DNA from: Candidatus Latescibacterota bacterium
GTDB lineage: Bacteria > Latescibacterota > UBA2968
NCBI GenBank assembly: GCA_965204375.1
Contig: OZ241986.1
Location: forward strand, 5,184,001 to 5,248,000
Length of the DNA: 64,000 bases
Reading direction: 5' to 3'
Under the pieces are notes generated by a model, which did no database searches, was not told the DNA's origin, and worked only from the letters and a program-made list of their open reading frames with translations. Shown here piece after piece: positions 40,631 through 50,059 of the stretch (position 1 is the stretch's first letter; the number at the start of each line of letters is the position of its first letter). The translations under genes and the position numbers were made by a program.

Positions 40631-41665
40631 TCAGTCTCCGATACGTTGAAATTGCAGGTGTTCAAACTGCATCTTTTGAGGGATGCTCCACAACTTAATC
40701 TTATCAACAAATGATTGAACAGAGGCTTGTTTGAGGACATTGAGGCTATCATCCGAGAAAGTAGTGGTTTTGCGGATACCGTGTGTCTCCTCATTGGGTG
40801 GTGGTTGAATAGTCAATTGGTCATTCGTATCCGTACCATAAGAATTATCGCCCAGGAATTTTCCCAATCCCCACACATTCTCTGTGGGTTTTCCATTCAC
40901 TGCGCCGATGTAATTGACTGACACCTCAGAAATTTCACCCTTGACGTTTCCAAGTCCGCGTGACCTCCCAGAACCAATACGGATCAAGCCATCCTCCAAA
41001 TCTTGCACAATGAGCATTAGCATTCCGAGTTGCCATACCTCAAAGTTTCGCATGTAAATACCTGTTTCAAACGCGACACCGGACGAAACGACTTCCAAAT
41101 CGAATTTGGCTTGACCTGCTGCGCCACCAGTAAACCGATCAATGCCAACTCCATCGCGTTGCTCGGTTTTTTCTTGACTGTCTTCAGCAAGGTAGGCATC
41201 TGAGATGGCGACACGTCCAATGAACGAAGTAGAACCAAATAAGCGACATGCCGGACAAGAATCGCGATAGACATCTTTATTTAACAAATCTTCTTTTTTA
41301 CGCTGCCATTGGGCGTTGTTAATCCTCCATTGATCTCTTTGGCGCACCTCAAATTTATCGCCACACGAAACTTCAGTGTAATCGAGACAGACAAGCTGAT
41401 TTTGTTTTTTCTTTGGCTGTGTCTTGACAAATGGATTGCAAACGACACCATCTTTAAGTGTACGGATCACTTTTTCAATATGACTTCGAAAGACACCCTT
41501 CAGCGAACTCCCCGGTAGATAGACCTCTGTTTTACCATTGCGGTAAGTTCGGACAGGTGTCATATCTGGACCCGAAACAGTGCCATGTCCCGATTTGACA
41601 AGCACAGGGCCTTCAGTGTGAATTGTGAGATTGAAACGGCATTCATTAACAAGTCGCTTGAGCAT
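40631..41665 (-). CDS. cas7: Type III RAMP Csm3/Cas7 (Csx7-like)
   Basis: YLPGSSLKGVFRS, CRLFGS, RDGVGIDRFTG, IGSGRSRGLG. Confidence 0.9.
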   Translation of the reverse strand: MLKRLVNECRFNLTIHTEGPVLVKSGHGTVSGPDMTPVRTYRNGKTEVYLPGSSLKGVFRSHIEKVIRTLKDGVVCNPFVKTQPKKKQNQLVCLDYTEVSCGDKFEVRQRDQWRINNAQWQRKKEDLLNKDVYRDSCPACRLFGSTSFIGRVAISDAYLAEDSQEKTEQRDGVGIDRFTGGAAGQAKFDLEVVSSGVAFETGIYMRNFEVWQLGMLMLIVQDLEDGLIRIGSGRSRGLGNVKGEISEVSVNYIGAVNGKPTENVWGLGKFLGDNSYGTDTNDQLTIQPPPNEETHGIRKTTTFSDDSLNVLKQASVQSFVDKIKLWSIPQKMQFEHLQFQRIGD

Positions 41666-41676
41666 TTTCTCCTCCT

Positions 41677-42480
41677 TCACGCACTTTGTGAAAGTAGTGC
41701 TCCAATATGATTTTCTAGAAAACTATCCATATTATTAATTTTTTTCATTTTATCTTCGAGTGTTTTGCCGATCAGGTACTGGCGCAACCGATCATCTCTT
41801 GTCCCATCATCTGTTAAGTCCAATTCATAGCCGGCAAGATCAATGACCTGGCAGTTACCCAGTCCCCGTGAGCGCATGCCGCCGATTCCACCCATGCCGC
41901 TCGCAAACTCATTCAATCCCACGCAAGCCAAACACAGGTCGGTATCACTCGGACCCTCCAGGACGATTTCCATTTTGAATGTCGAACCAACAGAGACGAC
42001 TTCATAATCGTACTTCAACCCATCGACAGCTCGCTCACTATCTCGGTCAATCGCCACGCCATCGCGCACTTGTGTGGCTTCTGCCCATTCGTCAACGTAC
42101 AGGTCGGTAAAGAAAATTTTAGAAGCAGAAAACGGTGAGCCAAAGAGTTTGCATGTATCACATAGTTCTTCGTTAAGAATTTCTGCGAGTTTAGCTTCAC
42201 TCCAGTTACCAATCCTCCGACGGTTGTTGAAGTTTTCTTGATTGGCAGTTGGACAATCGCCTTCAGACAAAGAACAAGTGGTTCGATTTGGAATCACGCC
42301 AACCAATTTTTCAATAGTACTCCGAAACACACCTTTGAAACTGGAACCGGGTATAAAAGGCTCTCCTTCAGGTGTGAGAACAACAGGACTATCGGTGCCG
42401 CGTAGATTGATATTTCCACCGCCAATATGCATGGCGGATTTCAATTTCAATTTTCCAGTAAACACGTATTTCCTGCTCAT
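41677..42480 (-). CDS. cas7: Type III RAMP Csm3/Cas7 (Csx7-like)
   Basis: HIGGG, IPGSSFKG, CKLFGS, RDGVAIDR, GGMRSRGLG. Confidence 0.9.
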   Translation of the reverse strand: MSRKYVFTGKLKLKSAMHIGGGNINLRGTDSPVVLTPEGEPFIPGSSFKGVFRSTIEKLVGVIPNRTTCSLSEGDCPTANQENFNNRRRIGNWSEAKLAEILNEELCDTCKLFGSPFSASKIFFTDLYVDEWAEATQVRDGVAIDRDSERAVDGLKYDYEVVSVGSTFKMEIVLEGPSDTDLCLACVGLNEFASGMGGIGGMRSRGLGNCQVIDLAGYELDLTDDGTRDDRLRQYLIGKTLEDKMKKINNMDSFLENHIGALLSQSA

Positions 42481-42481
42481 T

Positions 42482-42910
42482 TCACGCATTTGATAGACTC
42501 CTTTGGTAGTTGTATTCAGCGATTAAATGTTGGATAAATTCCTTCGCCAAAAGATAGGCATACCGATCAATTTCTGCACTCACTTGCCGCTTTTGAGCAC
42601 GTCCCATTTCTTTGGGTTTTACGACAAGTTGAGTCTCCTCAACCTGTTTGGGCAGTCCGTTGAGGTAATCTTTCAGGTTTTGGTAAAATTTCTTCAATTC
42701 ATCGGGGGTTGTATTCCTATTGAGTCGATTATCAATGTAGCGGAAAATTTCACCCTGATCGCTTGCGCCGACAGCGTTCCAAAGACCGCTCAATTGGGAA
42801 TTTGAGATTTTTGAGTGGGCATGCTTTGCGACAAGATCAACGGCATCACAATAGAGTTTCCCATCACTCAACAGACGGATCTGTTGCGCCTGTCCAATTG
42901 TCACTGCCAT
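42482..42910 (-). CDS. Small alpha-helical subunit (Cas11-like) 2
   Basis: About 140 aa, helical, SQLSGL motif, inside the effector operon. Confidence 0.6.
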   Translation of the reverse strand: MAVTIGQAQQIRLLSDGKLYCDAVDLVAKHAHSKISNSQLSGLWNAVGASDQGEIFRYIDNRLNRNTTPDELKKFYQNLKDYLNGLPKQVEETQLVVKPKEMGRAQKRQVSAEIDRYAYLLAKEFIQHLIAEYNYQRSLSNA

Positions 42911-42911
42911 C

Positions 42912-43340
42912 TCATTTACCTCCAACTGTCACTTGATATTCGTAATGCACGACCAATTGACTCACAAATGCACGGATGAGGCTCAGATAGATGCGCTGTC
43001 CTTCAGATGTGTTTTCCTCGACACTTTCGAGTTTTCCACAAATCTCTCGTCGTCGGACGCGAAGACTTTGTTCAATATAGTCCTTCAAGCGCTCGCCAAA
43101 GTTATTCTTTCTCCAAGTTTGGTGCCTGTCATCCTTTGCAACCTGTTTCTTGATGTAATCAAGTACATCCGTTACCTTGAGCGTGGAATTTGCAATATTT
43201 TCGAGGTTTGTCATCTGGCTTCGGTGACGAGATTCAAATGCCTGTGAAGCGGCGTCTCCAAGTTCCTTTGCCCGATTATAAAAATCATCGCGATCAGTGA
43301 CCTGAGCAATTTCTTTAAGGATTTTCATTTGTTGGTTCAT
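42912..43340 (-). CDS. Small alpha-helical subunit (Cas11-like) 1
   Basis: SQMTNLENIA...YIKKQ...W...FG, inside the effector operon. Confidence 0.65.
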   Translation of the reverse strand: MNQQMKILKEIAQVTDRDDFYNRAKELGDAASQAFESRHRSQMTNLENIANSTLKVTDVLDYIKKQVAKDDRHQTWRKNNFGERLKDYIEQSLRVRRREICGKLESVEENTSEGQRIYLSLIRAFVSQLVVHYEYQVTVGGK

Positions 43341-44584
43341 AATTCGTTGACCTCCCTATGAAAGGCATCGGCAATCATAACTTGCCCAAAACCTTCTGAC
43401 CGGCGTTTGCCTATGCCCTTCTGTTCAATGTCGTAGAGTTTCTGATAAAAACGTTCATCAGGTGTTCCGTTATATCCAAACAGAAAAACAGAACCCATTG
43501 AAATCGCCCACTCTGCCGCTTTAGGCAATCCCAAAAGGGCGTTCCAGCCGATTACACGACGTTGGCCTGCGTTTTGGTAAATCAATGCTATATCCTCTAA
43601 ATCCCACATATCACGCAAGTAAGTCTGATCAAGAGCCATTTGATAACGCAACTGATGATCGAGAAGAATCGCATCAGATTGAAGCGTGATCGGAAAGTAG
43701 AATTCATGCGGCAAATCAACATCATATCTTTGCGCTTCAGTGTGAAACTTCTCACTAAATGCTCCAGCCCGCTTTTTTAAAGACTCCATAGCATCAGTCC
43801 TGAAAGCTTGGATTTGTGGAACGCCAAGTTTTCCCAATCCTCGCGTCAAGTTATTTCCTACTCTGAGTATCCCTTTATCCCCGACATCCTCTGCAAAATC
43901 GTAAAAATCATCATGTAGCGATTCATCAGCAAAGGATATAGTTCCCCAGAACGATTGTCCTTCATTAAGGACTTCACGATTATAGAGGATACCTTCTTGC
44001 ACGGTTCCTGTTTCTCGACTGATTCCCGTTCGGGTCAATAAACGAGTCTTTACTTCTGATTGACCAATTTCCGCAACATCCTCCCCACGACGGTAGAAGC
44101 CAGAAAACGTATCAAGCAACTCGCCACATCTTCCATGATTATCAGAGTAGGTGCAATTCTTATGTGGTTCGAGGATTTCAACCTTTATCTGCCCACTCAA
44201 TGCAAACAATCCCCAATAGATGAGGCTATCCATGACTCCGTGACGCTCTTTATCGCGTTCATTCGCCTTAAAACGGAAACCGCTGAATCGTTTACAAGAG
44301 CGAGCGGTCTTCGGTATCGGTTTTATTGGTTGCTCATTGTCTTGCAGATCAGTGTCTGAAAAATCATTAAAGTTTGCCGGATAGAGATTGCCAAAATGGA
44401 TCTCTCCAGAGAGGAAAAACTTTGCAAATTCATCTTTATCATCACGAGCTTTGCGATGCGCCGCCGCAAACGCCCCTAACAATGCGGTACCGGGAATGTA
44501 TTTGAGTGTATTAAAGCTTGCCGTTGAACGAGACACACGAAAGTTCAGCGGAGATTCCGATGAAACGATCAGTCTTGCTTTCAT
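43337..44584 (-). CDS. csx10: Csx10 (Cas5-group RAMP)
   Basis: YIPGTALLGA, VGNNLTRGLG, GSVFLF, GIGKRRSEGFG. Confidence 0.88.
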   Translation of the reverse strand: MKARLIVSSESPLNFRVSRSTASFNTLKYIPGTALLGAFAAAHRKARDDKDEFAKFFLSGEIHFGNLYPANFNDFSDTDLQDNEQPIKPIPKTARSCKRFSGFRFKANERDKERHGVMDSLIYWGLFALSGQIKVEILEPHKNCTYSDNHGRCGELLDTFSGFYRRGEDVAEIGQSEVKTRLLTRTGISRETGTVQEGILYNREVLNEGQSFWGTISFADESLHDDFYDFAEDVGDKGILRVGNNLTRGLGKLGVPQIQAFRTDAMESLKKRAGAFSEKFHTEAQRYDVDLPHEFYFPITLQSDAILLDHQLRYQMALDQTYLRDMWDLEDIALIYQNAGQRRVIGWNALLGLPKAAEWAISMGSVFLFGYNGTPDERFYQKLYDIEQKGIGKRRSEGFGQVMIADAFHREVNEL

Positions 44585-45315
44585 TCCGCATCCTCCTGTG
44601 CCATTTCATAGTATTCCAATTCACCCAGACTTTCCAATAACTTTGCAACTTCAATTGTTTTATCATTGATTGTCATTTTTTGTATTTTGCAATCATATTT
44701 GCCCATTCCCGTTGATTTGTTTGCGCCGATTCGGTCATTGGTACAAATGCCTGCAACCAATAACAGCAGCGAATAGCTCCATTCATTTTCGTCGATATGC
44801 AATCCTTCGAGATAGCCGTAAATTCGCCCTTCAAAGCAGAGTGTCTTGATGCCAAATTCGCTTTGGAATAGGGCTTGTTCACGCACAGTACCCAGAACTC
44901 GAGATATACTCGTTTGTGAGCGCTCCTCTGTCTGGAGGTGGATGTATCTCTTTGACTTTTGAGAATTATCAAAGAGATCTTGATCTTCTTTAGTCATTGT
45001 TGCATTGTCGAAATAGAGTTCGCCCGGTTTGTAGCGAGAGCCGAAGATTCTATCAACAATGTCGATAGTATTGCAGAAATCCGAAACCGCTTCTTGCTCA
45101 TCATGTGGACTGACAGCCCGGAGGCCAACCAGACGAGCGATCTGTTCACACCTCTCGCGCAATACACCTTTCAGCGTTGAGCCAGGAATATAGAGATGAT
45201 CGTGCGCATCTCTACTGACACTGCGGTCTAATAAATTTCGACGCAATCCAGTCCCAAAGTGGAAGGGCGTTTCAAACTGGATATAGTAATCAATGCTAAT
45301 AAAGTCTCGTCGCAT
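44581..45315 (-). CDS. cas7: Type III RAMP Csm3/Cas7
   Basis: FHFGTG, IPGSTLKGVLR, IFGS, IGANKSTGMG. Confidence 0.9.
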   Translation of the reverse strand: MRRDFISIDYYIQFETPFHFGTGLRRNLLDRSVSRDAHDHLYIPGSTLKGVLRERCEQIARLVGLRAVSPHDEQEAVSDFCNTIDIVDRIFGSRYKPGELYFDNATMTKEDQDLFDNSQKSKRYIHLQTEERSQTSISRVLGTVREQALFQSEFGIKTLCFEGRIYGYLEGLHIDENEWSYSLLLLVAGICTNDRIGANKSTGMGKYDCKIQKMTINDKTIEVAKLLESLGELEYYEMAQEDAE

Positions 45316-45332
45316 AAAAATTTACCTCACTC

Positions 45333-46868
45333 TTATTCGATAAAATCGTAAAGTTCAATGAGGTCCAAAAATGGGGTATAATAATCGTCACCCTCCTTGA
45401 ACCAAGGAAAACTGGGAATTTGCTGATTGGTAGTGAAATAGGTGGGAAAGTCCATAAATTTCTTCTTTCCTTTTTCTTCCTGGATGTGTCTCAGGAACGC
45501 CAAGCCTTCTAAAAGCGATAGATTTCGACTTTGAAAAATCGCATCTTGAAGTCCTTTTAGTTTTCCGCGTGGGAAATTTTCTCCTTTCAAGTAGCGAATA
45601 TTCTCAACGATATATCGCAGATCTGTCAAGCTATAGGGACGCAGTGTTCGATAGAGACTTTGGTCTTCATTGCTAAGCGTCTCGCTGTAGTAGGCGTCAA
45701 AATCGAGACTATTGGAATTACTCTCTACGATAAAGTTGATCAGACCTTCCTTTGCCTCCTCTTGTCCGCGTCTTTTGCGTTTCGTAGCTTCCATTTTCGC
45801 AAATTTCAACGCCTGTTCAGCCAACGTCAGTAAACTCGAAAATGGAAATGTTGTATGTGCGATAGCCACGCCAACTGATAATTTTAAAGGTCTGCCCAGG
45901 TCTGTGCTGGTGAGTTCGCTGAATTTTTCGGCGATTTGTATGGAAACTTCAATAGCTTTGTGTGCCGTTGTGACCATCACCAAATCATCGCCCCCAAGTA
46001 TCAGAATGTCGAATGGAAAATACTTTTCCTTGTCAGACGGTAGATATTCACAAATCGCCTCTCGCACCGCCTGATAGATAGCATCATCAACCATCTGAGA
46101 AAACTGTTTGACTTCGTCCAAATTGCTCAACTGATCCAGTTCCCTGCCCATACTATCCCCATCTGCATAGATGAGTCCCATGTAGTTCGTGGGCTTAGAC
46201 ATTTCGCCCAAATTATTAAAATCTTCGGGGCGGGTTTTACCTGCTATCTGATAACCTGCCCCTTTTAAGTCATATAGCAAGCGAGGCCAGAGTTTGTATT
46301 CCACATCTTCTTTGCTGTTCCCACTGATAAAGTCTTCAATATCTGCTCTAATTTCGTTATTCTTATCTCGTTTATTTTTGCAACTTCCGCAAAGCAATTC
46401 AAATTCAGGCTCTGTAACGCTTTGGTTTGCGTACTGTTCACCACAAGAATCGCAAGTTCTCAAAAATGGATGCGTCACAAGCGGTTGATTCAAGGTCTTT
46501 CCATCCTTTTTTAGACGGAGTCGATAGCCAAGTGTTCGAAGGTAAGGTTTAATATCATCTTGATTTGTGAAGTTATCAGGTAGGTCTGTTACAGCACTTG
46601 TGATAGACCCTGTGCGTGTCTTCAAATGATATTCCTGTTCTACGGCCTGAATCAGTGCCTCTGCGGAAGTTTCAGGTACAGTAAACATCCCAGAGCCACC
46701 ATTTGCGTAAATTTTCTTTGCATTGAAGTTCTGGCTCTTTTCGACCATATCCCGACGGTTCAATTCATCCAGAATCGCGCTTGCTCCTCGAATTTCTTTG
46801 AGCTTGTTAGTTGCGAAAATATATTCTTTGATACGGTCTGTATCAAACGAGACTAACTTTTGTCCCAT
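45333..46868 (-). CDS. cas10: Cas10, HD-less, with intact cyclase palm
   Basis: DTDRIKEYIF...IRGAS, C..C/C..C Zn motif, ADGDSMG, LGGDDL. No N-terminal HD domain. Confidence 0.93.
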   Translation of the reverse strand: MGQKLVSFDTDRIKEYIFATNKLKEIRGASAILDELNRRDMVEKSQNFNAKKIYANGGSGMFTVPETSAEALIQAVEQEYHLKTRTGSITSAVTDLPDNFTNQDDIKPYLRTLGYRLRLKKDGKTLNQPLVTHPFLRTCDSCGEQYANQSVTEPEFELLCGSCKNKRDKNNEIRADIEDFISGNSKEDVEYKLWPRLLYDLKGAGYQIAGKTRPEDFNNLGEMSKPTNYMGLIYADGDSMGRELDQLSNLDEVKQFSQMVDDAIYQAVREAICEYLPSDKEKYFPFDILILGGDDLVMVTTAHKAIEVSIQIAEKFSELTSTDLGRPLKLSVGVAIAHTTFPFSSLLTLAEQALKFAKMEATKRKRRGQEEAKEGLINFIVESNSNSLDFDAYYSETLSNEDQSLYRTLRPYSLTDLRYIVENIRYLKGENFPRGKLKGLQDAIFQSRNLSLLEGLAFLRHIQEEKGKKKFMDFPTYFTTNQQIPSFPWFKEGDDYYTPFLDLIELYDFIE

Positions 46869-46964
46869 AAAAATTCTCCTTTCAAATTGAACCGTATTGT
46901 CCCCATGTATAGATTTCTTTTTTTTATGTCGTTCTTATGACCGCAGAATATTACTCCATCCTCA

Positions 46965-47893
46965 GAAGCTGTTTTAAAACCCTGGCGTTTAAGCAAGTCT
47001 GTTAATTAAGAGATAAATCATACCGATGTGAATAAAGGCTTCACTGTTGTCCGTTAAGCGTTCATAATCCTTTGACAGTCGGCGGAAATTGAATAACCAA
47101 GCAAAGGTGCGTTCAATGACCCAACGGCGTTTGACTATTTGAAAGCCTTCCCCTTTTGGGGTAACGACCTCAAGATCAATCTTATGTGTTTGTTTTCTAT
47201 CAGCGACCCATTCCTTGAGGTCTTCGCCGCGATATCCGCCATCAACCCACAGCTTGCGTAAGCGTGTCACGCCTGTTTCAAAATACTGATTGAGCACCTT
47301 TTTGAGGCCATCACGATCTTGGAGATTAGCCGGTGAGACATAGGTGCTGATGACCAGTCCGAGGGTATCGACAAGCAGATGGCGTTTTCGTCCATTGATC
47401 TTCTTTCCCGCATCGTAACCCTTTGAGTCTGCTTGTGTTGCTGTCTTAACACTTTGGCTGTCAATACAGCCTGCTGATGCGTCAGGCTTGCGCCCTTGCC
47501 GTTTGCGCTCCCTACGTGAGAGTGCTTGTTGCACCTGCTGAAAGATGTCTTGCTCGCGCCATTTGTTGAAATAGCCATACACGGTTTGCCAACAGCCAAA
47601 GGTATGAGGCAGCATGCGCCATTGGCAGCCCGTCTTCGTCAGATACAGGATGCCATCAAACACGCGTCGCAAATTGGCAGGTGGACGTCCGGGACCTCCT
47701 TTTTGCCATTTGCGTTTGGGCAACAAGGGGATCAGCAGTTGCCATTGCGCTTGGGTGACATTTGTCGGATATTGTCTTGGCGTATTCATCGCATGTCCTT
47801 TCTTTTTAAGGTTTTTGGATACCCTAAATTTGGACTGATGAATACGCTTTTTCAACTCTTTTTTTTATTTCTCCATAATTTTAAAACAGCTTC
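46965..47893 (-). mobile_element. IS5 family (IS1031-like) insertion sequence
   Basis: 15-bp perfect terminal inverted repeats GAAGCTGTTTTAAAA and a 3-bp TCA direct repeat on both sides. Confidence 0.92.
46989..47789 (-). CDS. IS5 family transposase
   Basis: TGCQWRMLP, IDSQSVK, GRKRHLLVDTLG, VDGGY, RWVIERTFAWL. Confidence 0.95.
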   Translation of the reverse strand: MNTPRQYPTNVTQAQWQLLIPLLPKRKWQKGGPGRPPANLRRVFDGILYLTKTGCQWRMLPHTFGCWQTVYGYFNKWREQDIFQQVQQALSRRERKRQGRKPDASAGCIDSQSVKTATQADSKGYDAGKKINGRKRHLLVDTLGLVISTYVSPANLQDRDGLKKVLNQYFETGVTRLRKLWVDGGYRGEDLKEWVADRKQTHKIDLEVVTPKGEGFQIVKRRWVIERTFAWLFNFRRLSKDYERLTDNSEAFIHIGMIYLLINRLA

Positions 47894-47946
47894 TCATGAA
47901 AATAGAGCACCAGAGTAAGCGGTCTATCTCTTTCTCCCTTCACACG

Positions 47947-48297
47947 TCAATCTCCAAACCACTCGGCTACTTTTTCTTTTGCATGGGCTTTAATCTCCGG
48001 CGTTACATGAGCCGCTACGGTTGCGAGAGCTGCGACCAGCACACCCAGATCATCGCCGTAGCCGACGGCGGGGGTCACGTCGGGAATCGCGTCAACTGGG
48101 AAGATGAAGTATCCCAGTGCCCCTTTGATGACTGTTTTGGCCCAGAGTGGCGTATCAGGAGCCTGCGCGGTGTAGTAGAGTGATAGGGCATTCTCTACGA
48201 CTTTCCGTCCCGCAGGGCTGGCGAAGTTGAGCAGTTTTTTCCAGAAGCTGTCCTGAGAGTAATATTTCCCATACCCCTGCTTGTTTCGATTGTTCAT
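47947..48297 (-). CDS. YkvA/DUF1232 family small membrane protein
   Basis: ALGYFIFPVDAIPD.TP.VGYGDD. GGAGG RBS. Confidence 0.88.
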   Translation of the reverse strand: MNNRNKQGYGKYYSQDSFWKKLLNFASPAGRKVVENALSLYYTAQAPDTPLWAKTVIKGALGYFIFPVDAIPDVTPAVGYGDDLGVLVAALATVAAHVTPEIKAHAKEKVAEWFGD

Positions 48298-48360
48298 GTC
48301 TTTCCTCCATTCGGTTTTACTGCGGATTTAAAAAACTTTTTTGCGCTCACCTCTTATTTA

Positions 48361-48376
48361 TGCAATCCGCGTGCCA
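48361..48376 (-). promoter_or_regulatory. sigma54 promoter P2 (upstream of ykvA and the cas10 operon)
   Basis: TGGCACG-CGGA-TTGCA. Confidence 0.85.
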
Positions 48377-48474
48377 AAATGGAAGAAAATTTAAATTTAT
48401 TTTTTAATTTATATAAAAACAATATGTTATAAGAATCTTTTTATTTTTCAAACATGACGCTAATCTGTTCAAGC

Positions 48475-48509
48475 GTGCAATTCTGCACGTTTGCCGTGCA
48501 ATTTTGCAC
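48475..48509. promoter_or_regulatory. Paired palindromic enhancer-like sites for P2
   Basis: GTGCAATTCTGCAC and GTGCAATTTTGCAC. Confidence 0.72.
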
Positions 48510-48535
48510 TTATTCGACTATATGCTGCTCTTCTT

Positions 48536-49492
48536 TCACACTTCATCCTTCACACTTCTTCCTTTTATAGCGTATTGTCCCATCCCAAAGCTGGTCCACT
48601 TGCCCACATGCATTGGTACGCCCAGTGCCAGTAGTGGGTGGAATTGTGTCATGTCGCCTTCAAAGACGACATTTCCTGTGAAACCGCTCACGTTCATGCG
48701 TCGGTTCTTGCGGTTTGAATATCGCTCCCATGTGCGCCAGGTCAAGTTGTGGGATGTGGTTTGAACATTCTCTGCCGTTGAGATATAATCGGCATAATCC
48801 AAATCTGGCGGTCCATCTGCGTGAAATGCGGCCAATGCTGAATACCGCCGCAACAGTCCGCGTATGAGCACGGGGAAATCCAATCCGCGCTGCAATATCC
48901 GGTCTGCTTTGAGTTGTGTGGGGGTTACAAATGAGAGGCGAATCCGGGATCCGATTTTGTTGTGCATTAAATCGCTCGCTGCCAGATGTGGCACATCTTG
49001 TAACATCTCGCTCGTCCCGTCGTACACCGTCTGCCATGTTCCATCCGGGTGCAGAGCTTCGCCTGAAATGAGATCGCATTTGCCGCGTCCGCGTCCAATA
49101 CCTGTGTCTCCCATTCGCTGGAAGGTGTAGATGAAATAGGGCATGTAATTCAGTGCTCGGCCAATGAGGGTCAGACCAATCGCAAACTCGTCGTCCGGTG
49201 CGTAATCGGTTTTGGTTTCCAATGGCGGTTCGATCAAATAGGGATGGGGTGCCTCGCTGTACCCGCGAAAAATGCCTTGTGCATTCTCCACTGGCGTGTC
49301 AAATATGTATGGATACACGCATTGCGTCCGAACGAGACATCGCTCGCACTCGCCGTGTTGCACAATACAAACCGCACGCTTAAATGACACGCCAAAAGCC
49401 CCGCGAAATGTGGAGCCTTTATAGGGTGGCAGGCGCAGATTATCTCGTGCTTTGAAGTGCAGGCGCATATATGCGAATTCGAGTGTAAACAT
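48536..49492 (-). CDS. cas6: CRISPR processing endoribonuclease Cas6
   Basis: GSTFRGAFG, CxxC..C, PHPY, C-terminal G-loop HVGKWTSFGMG. Confidence 0.93.
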   Translation of the reverse strand: MFTLEFAYMRLHFKARDNLRLPPYKGSTFRGAFGVSFKRAVCIVQHGECERCLVRTQCVYPYIFDTPVENAQGIFRGYSEAPHPYLIEPPLETKTDYAPDDEFAIGLTLIGRALNYMPYFIYTFQRMGDTGIGRGRGKCDLISGEALHPDGTWQTVYDGTSEMLQDVPHLAASDLMHNKIGSRIRLSFVTPTQLKADRILQRGLDFPVLIRGLLRRYSALAAFHADGPPDLDYADYISTAENVQTTSHNLTWRTWERYSNRKNRRMNVSGFTGNVVFEGDMTQFHPLLALGVPMHVGKWTSFGMGQYAIKGRSVKDEV

Positions 49493-49793
49493 CCATATCT
49501 CCTTTGTATGATGGAACTATAAAACTCTAAGCCATCACGCACAGCGCGCTATTCCGTCAACCGCTGTCCTCCTTGTTTGCATTCAACTTTGAAGGCCACT
49601 ACATATCGTCTATCCACCTGAGCAATTTGCGCTGTGCCAGCCCCTCGGCGTTTGAGAGCGGCATTTTTTGCCTACTTTTTTTTGCTGGAGAAAAAAAGTA
49701 GGTCGCCGAAGGCATAAAAAGAAAAATCTTAAAAAAAGCTTAATACGTCGTTGTACCACAACACAAGAATTATGTGCACTCCTCAATTGTATA

Positions 49794-49809
49794 TGCAATC
49801 TGCGTGCCA
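49794..49809 (-). promoter_or_regulatory. sigma54 promoter P3 (upstream of cas6)
   Basis: TGGCACG-CAGA-TTGCA. Confidence 0.85.
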
Positions 49810-49908
49810 AACACAAAAAAATCTCCGATTTTTCCTCAGAGATCAAAAAAACAACGGGTTGTATGATATTTTTTTGAAACAGGAAATGGACAACAGTTAT
49901 GTTTAGCC

Positions 49909-50011
49909 GTGCAAATATACACACGTTTGTTATAAGAAAAAATTAAAAATAACTGCTATACCAACATATCGGGCCAATGTGCATTTTTGCACACCAGATG
50001 CAATTCTGCAC
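49909..50011. promoter_or_regulatory. Palindromic enhancer-like sites for P3
   Basis: GTGCAAATATACAC (49909), GTGCATTTTTGCAC (49979), ATGCAATTCTGCAC (49998). Confidence 0.7.
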
Positions 50012-50059
50012 GCCTTTCAATTCATATATTTGGGATTTTCGGTCCCTTTTCTCTGCAAA

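Noticed and set aside
48484-48500. TGCAC-N7-GTGCA NtrC-like box
   Set aside because: The inner spacing varies between promoters (5, 6, 7 nt) while GTGCA-N4-TGCAC is constant, so the latter is the more likely site. NtrC input is not fully excluded.
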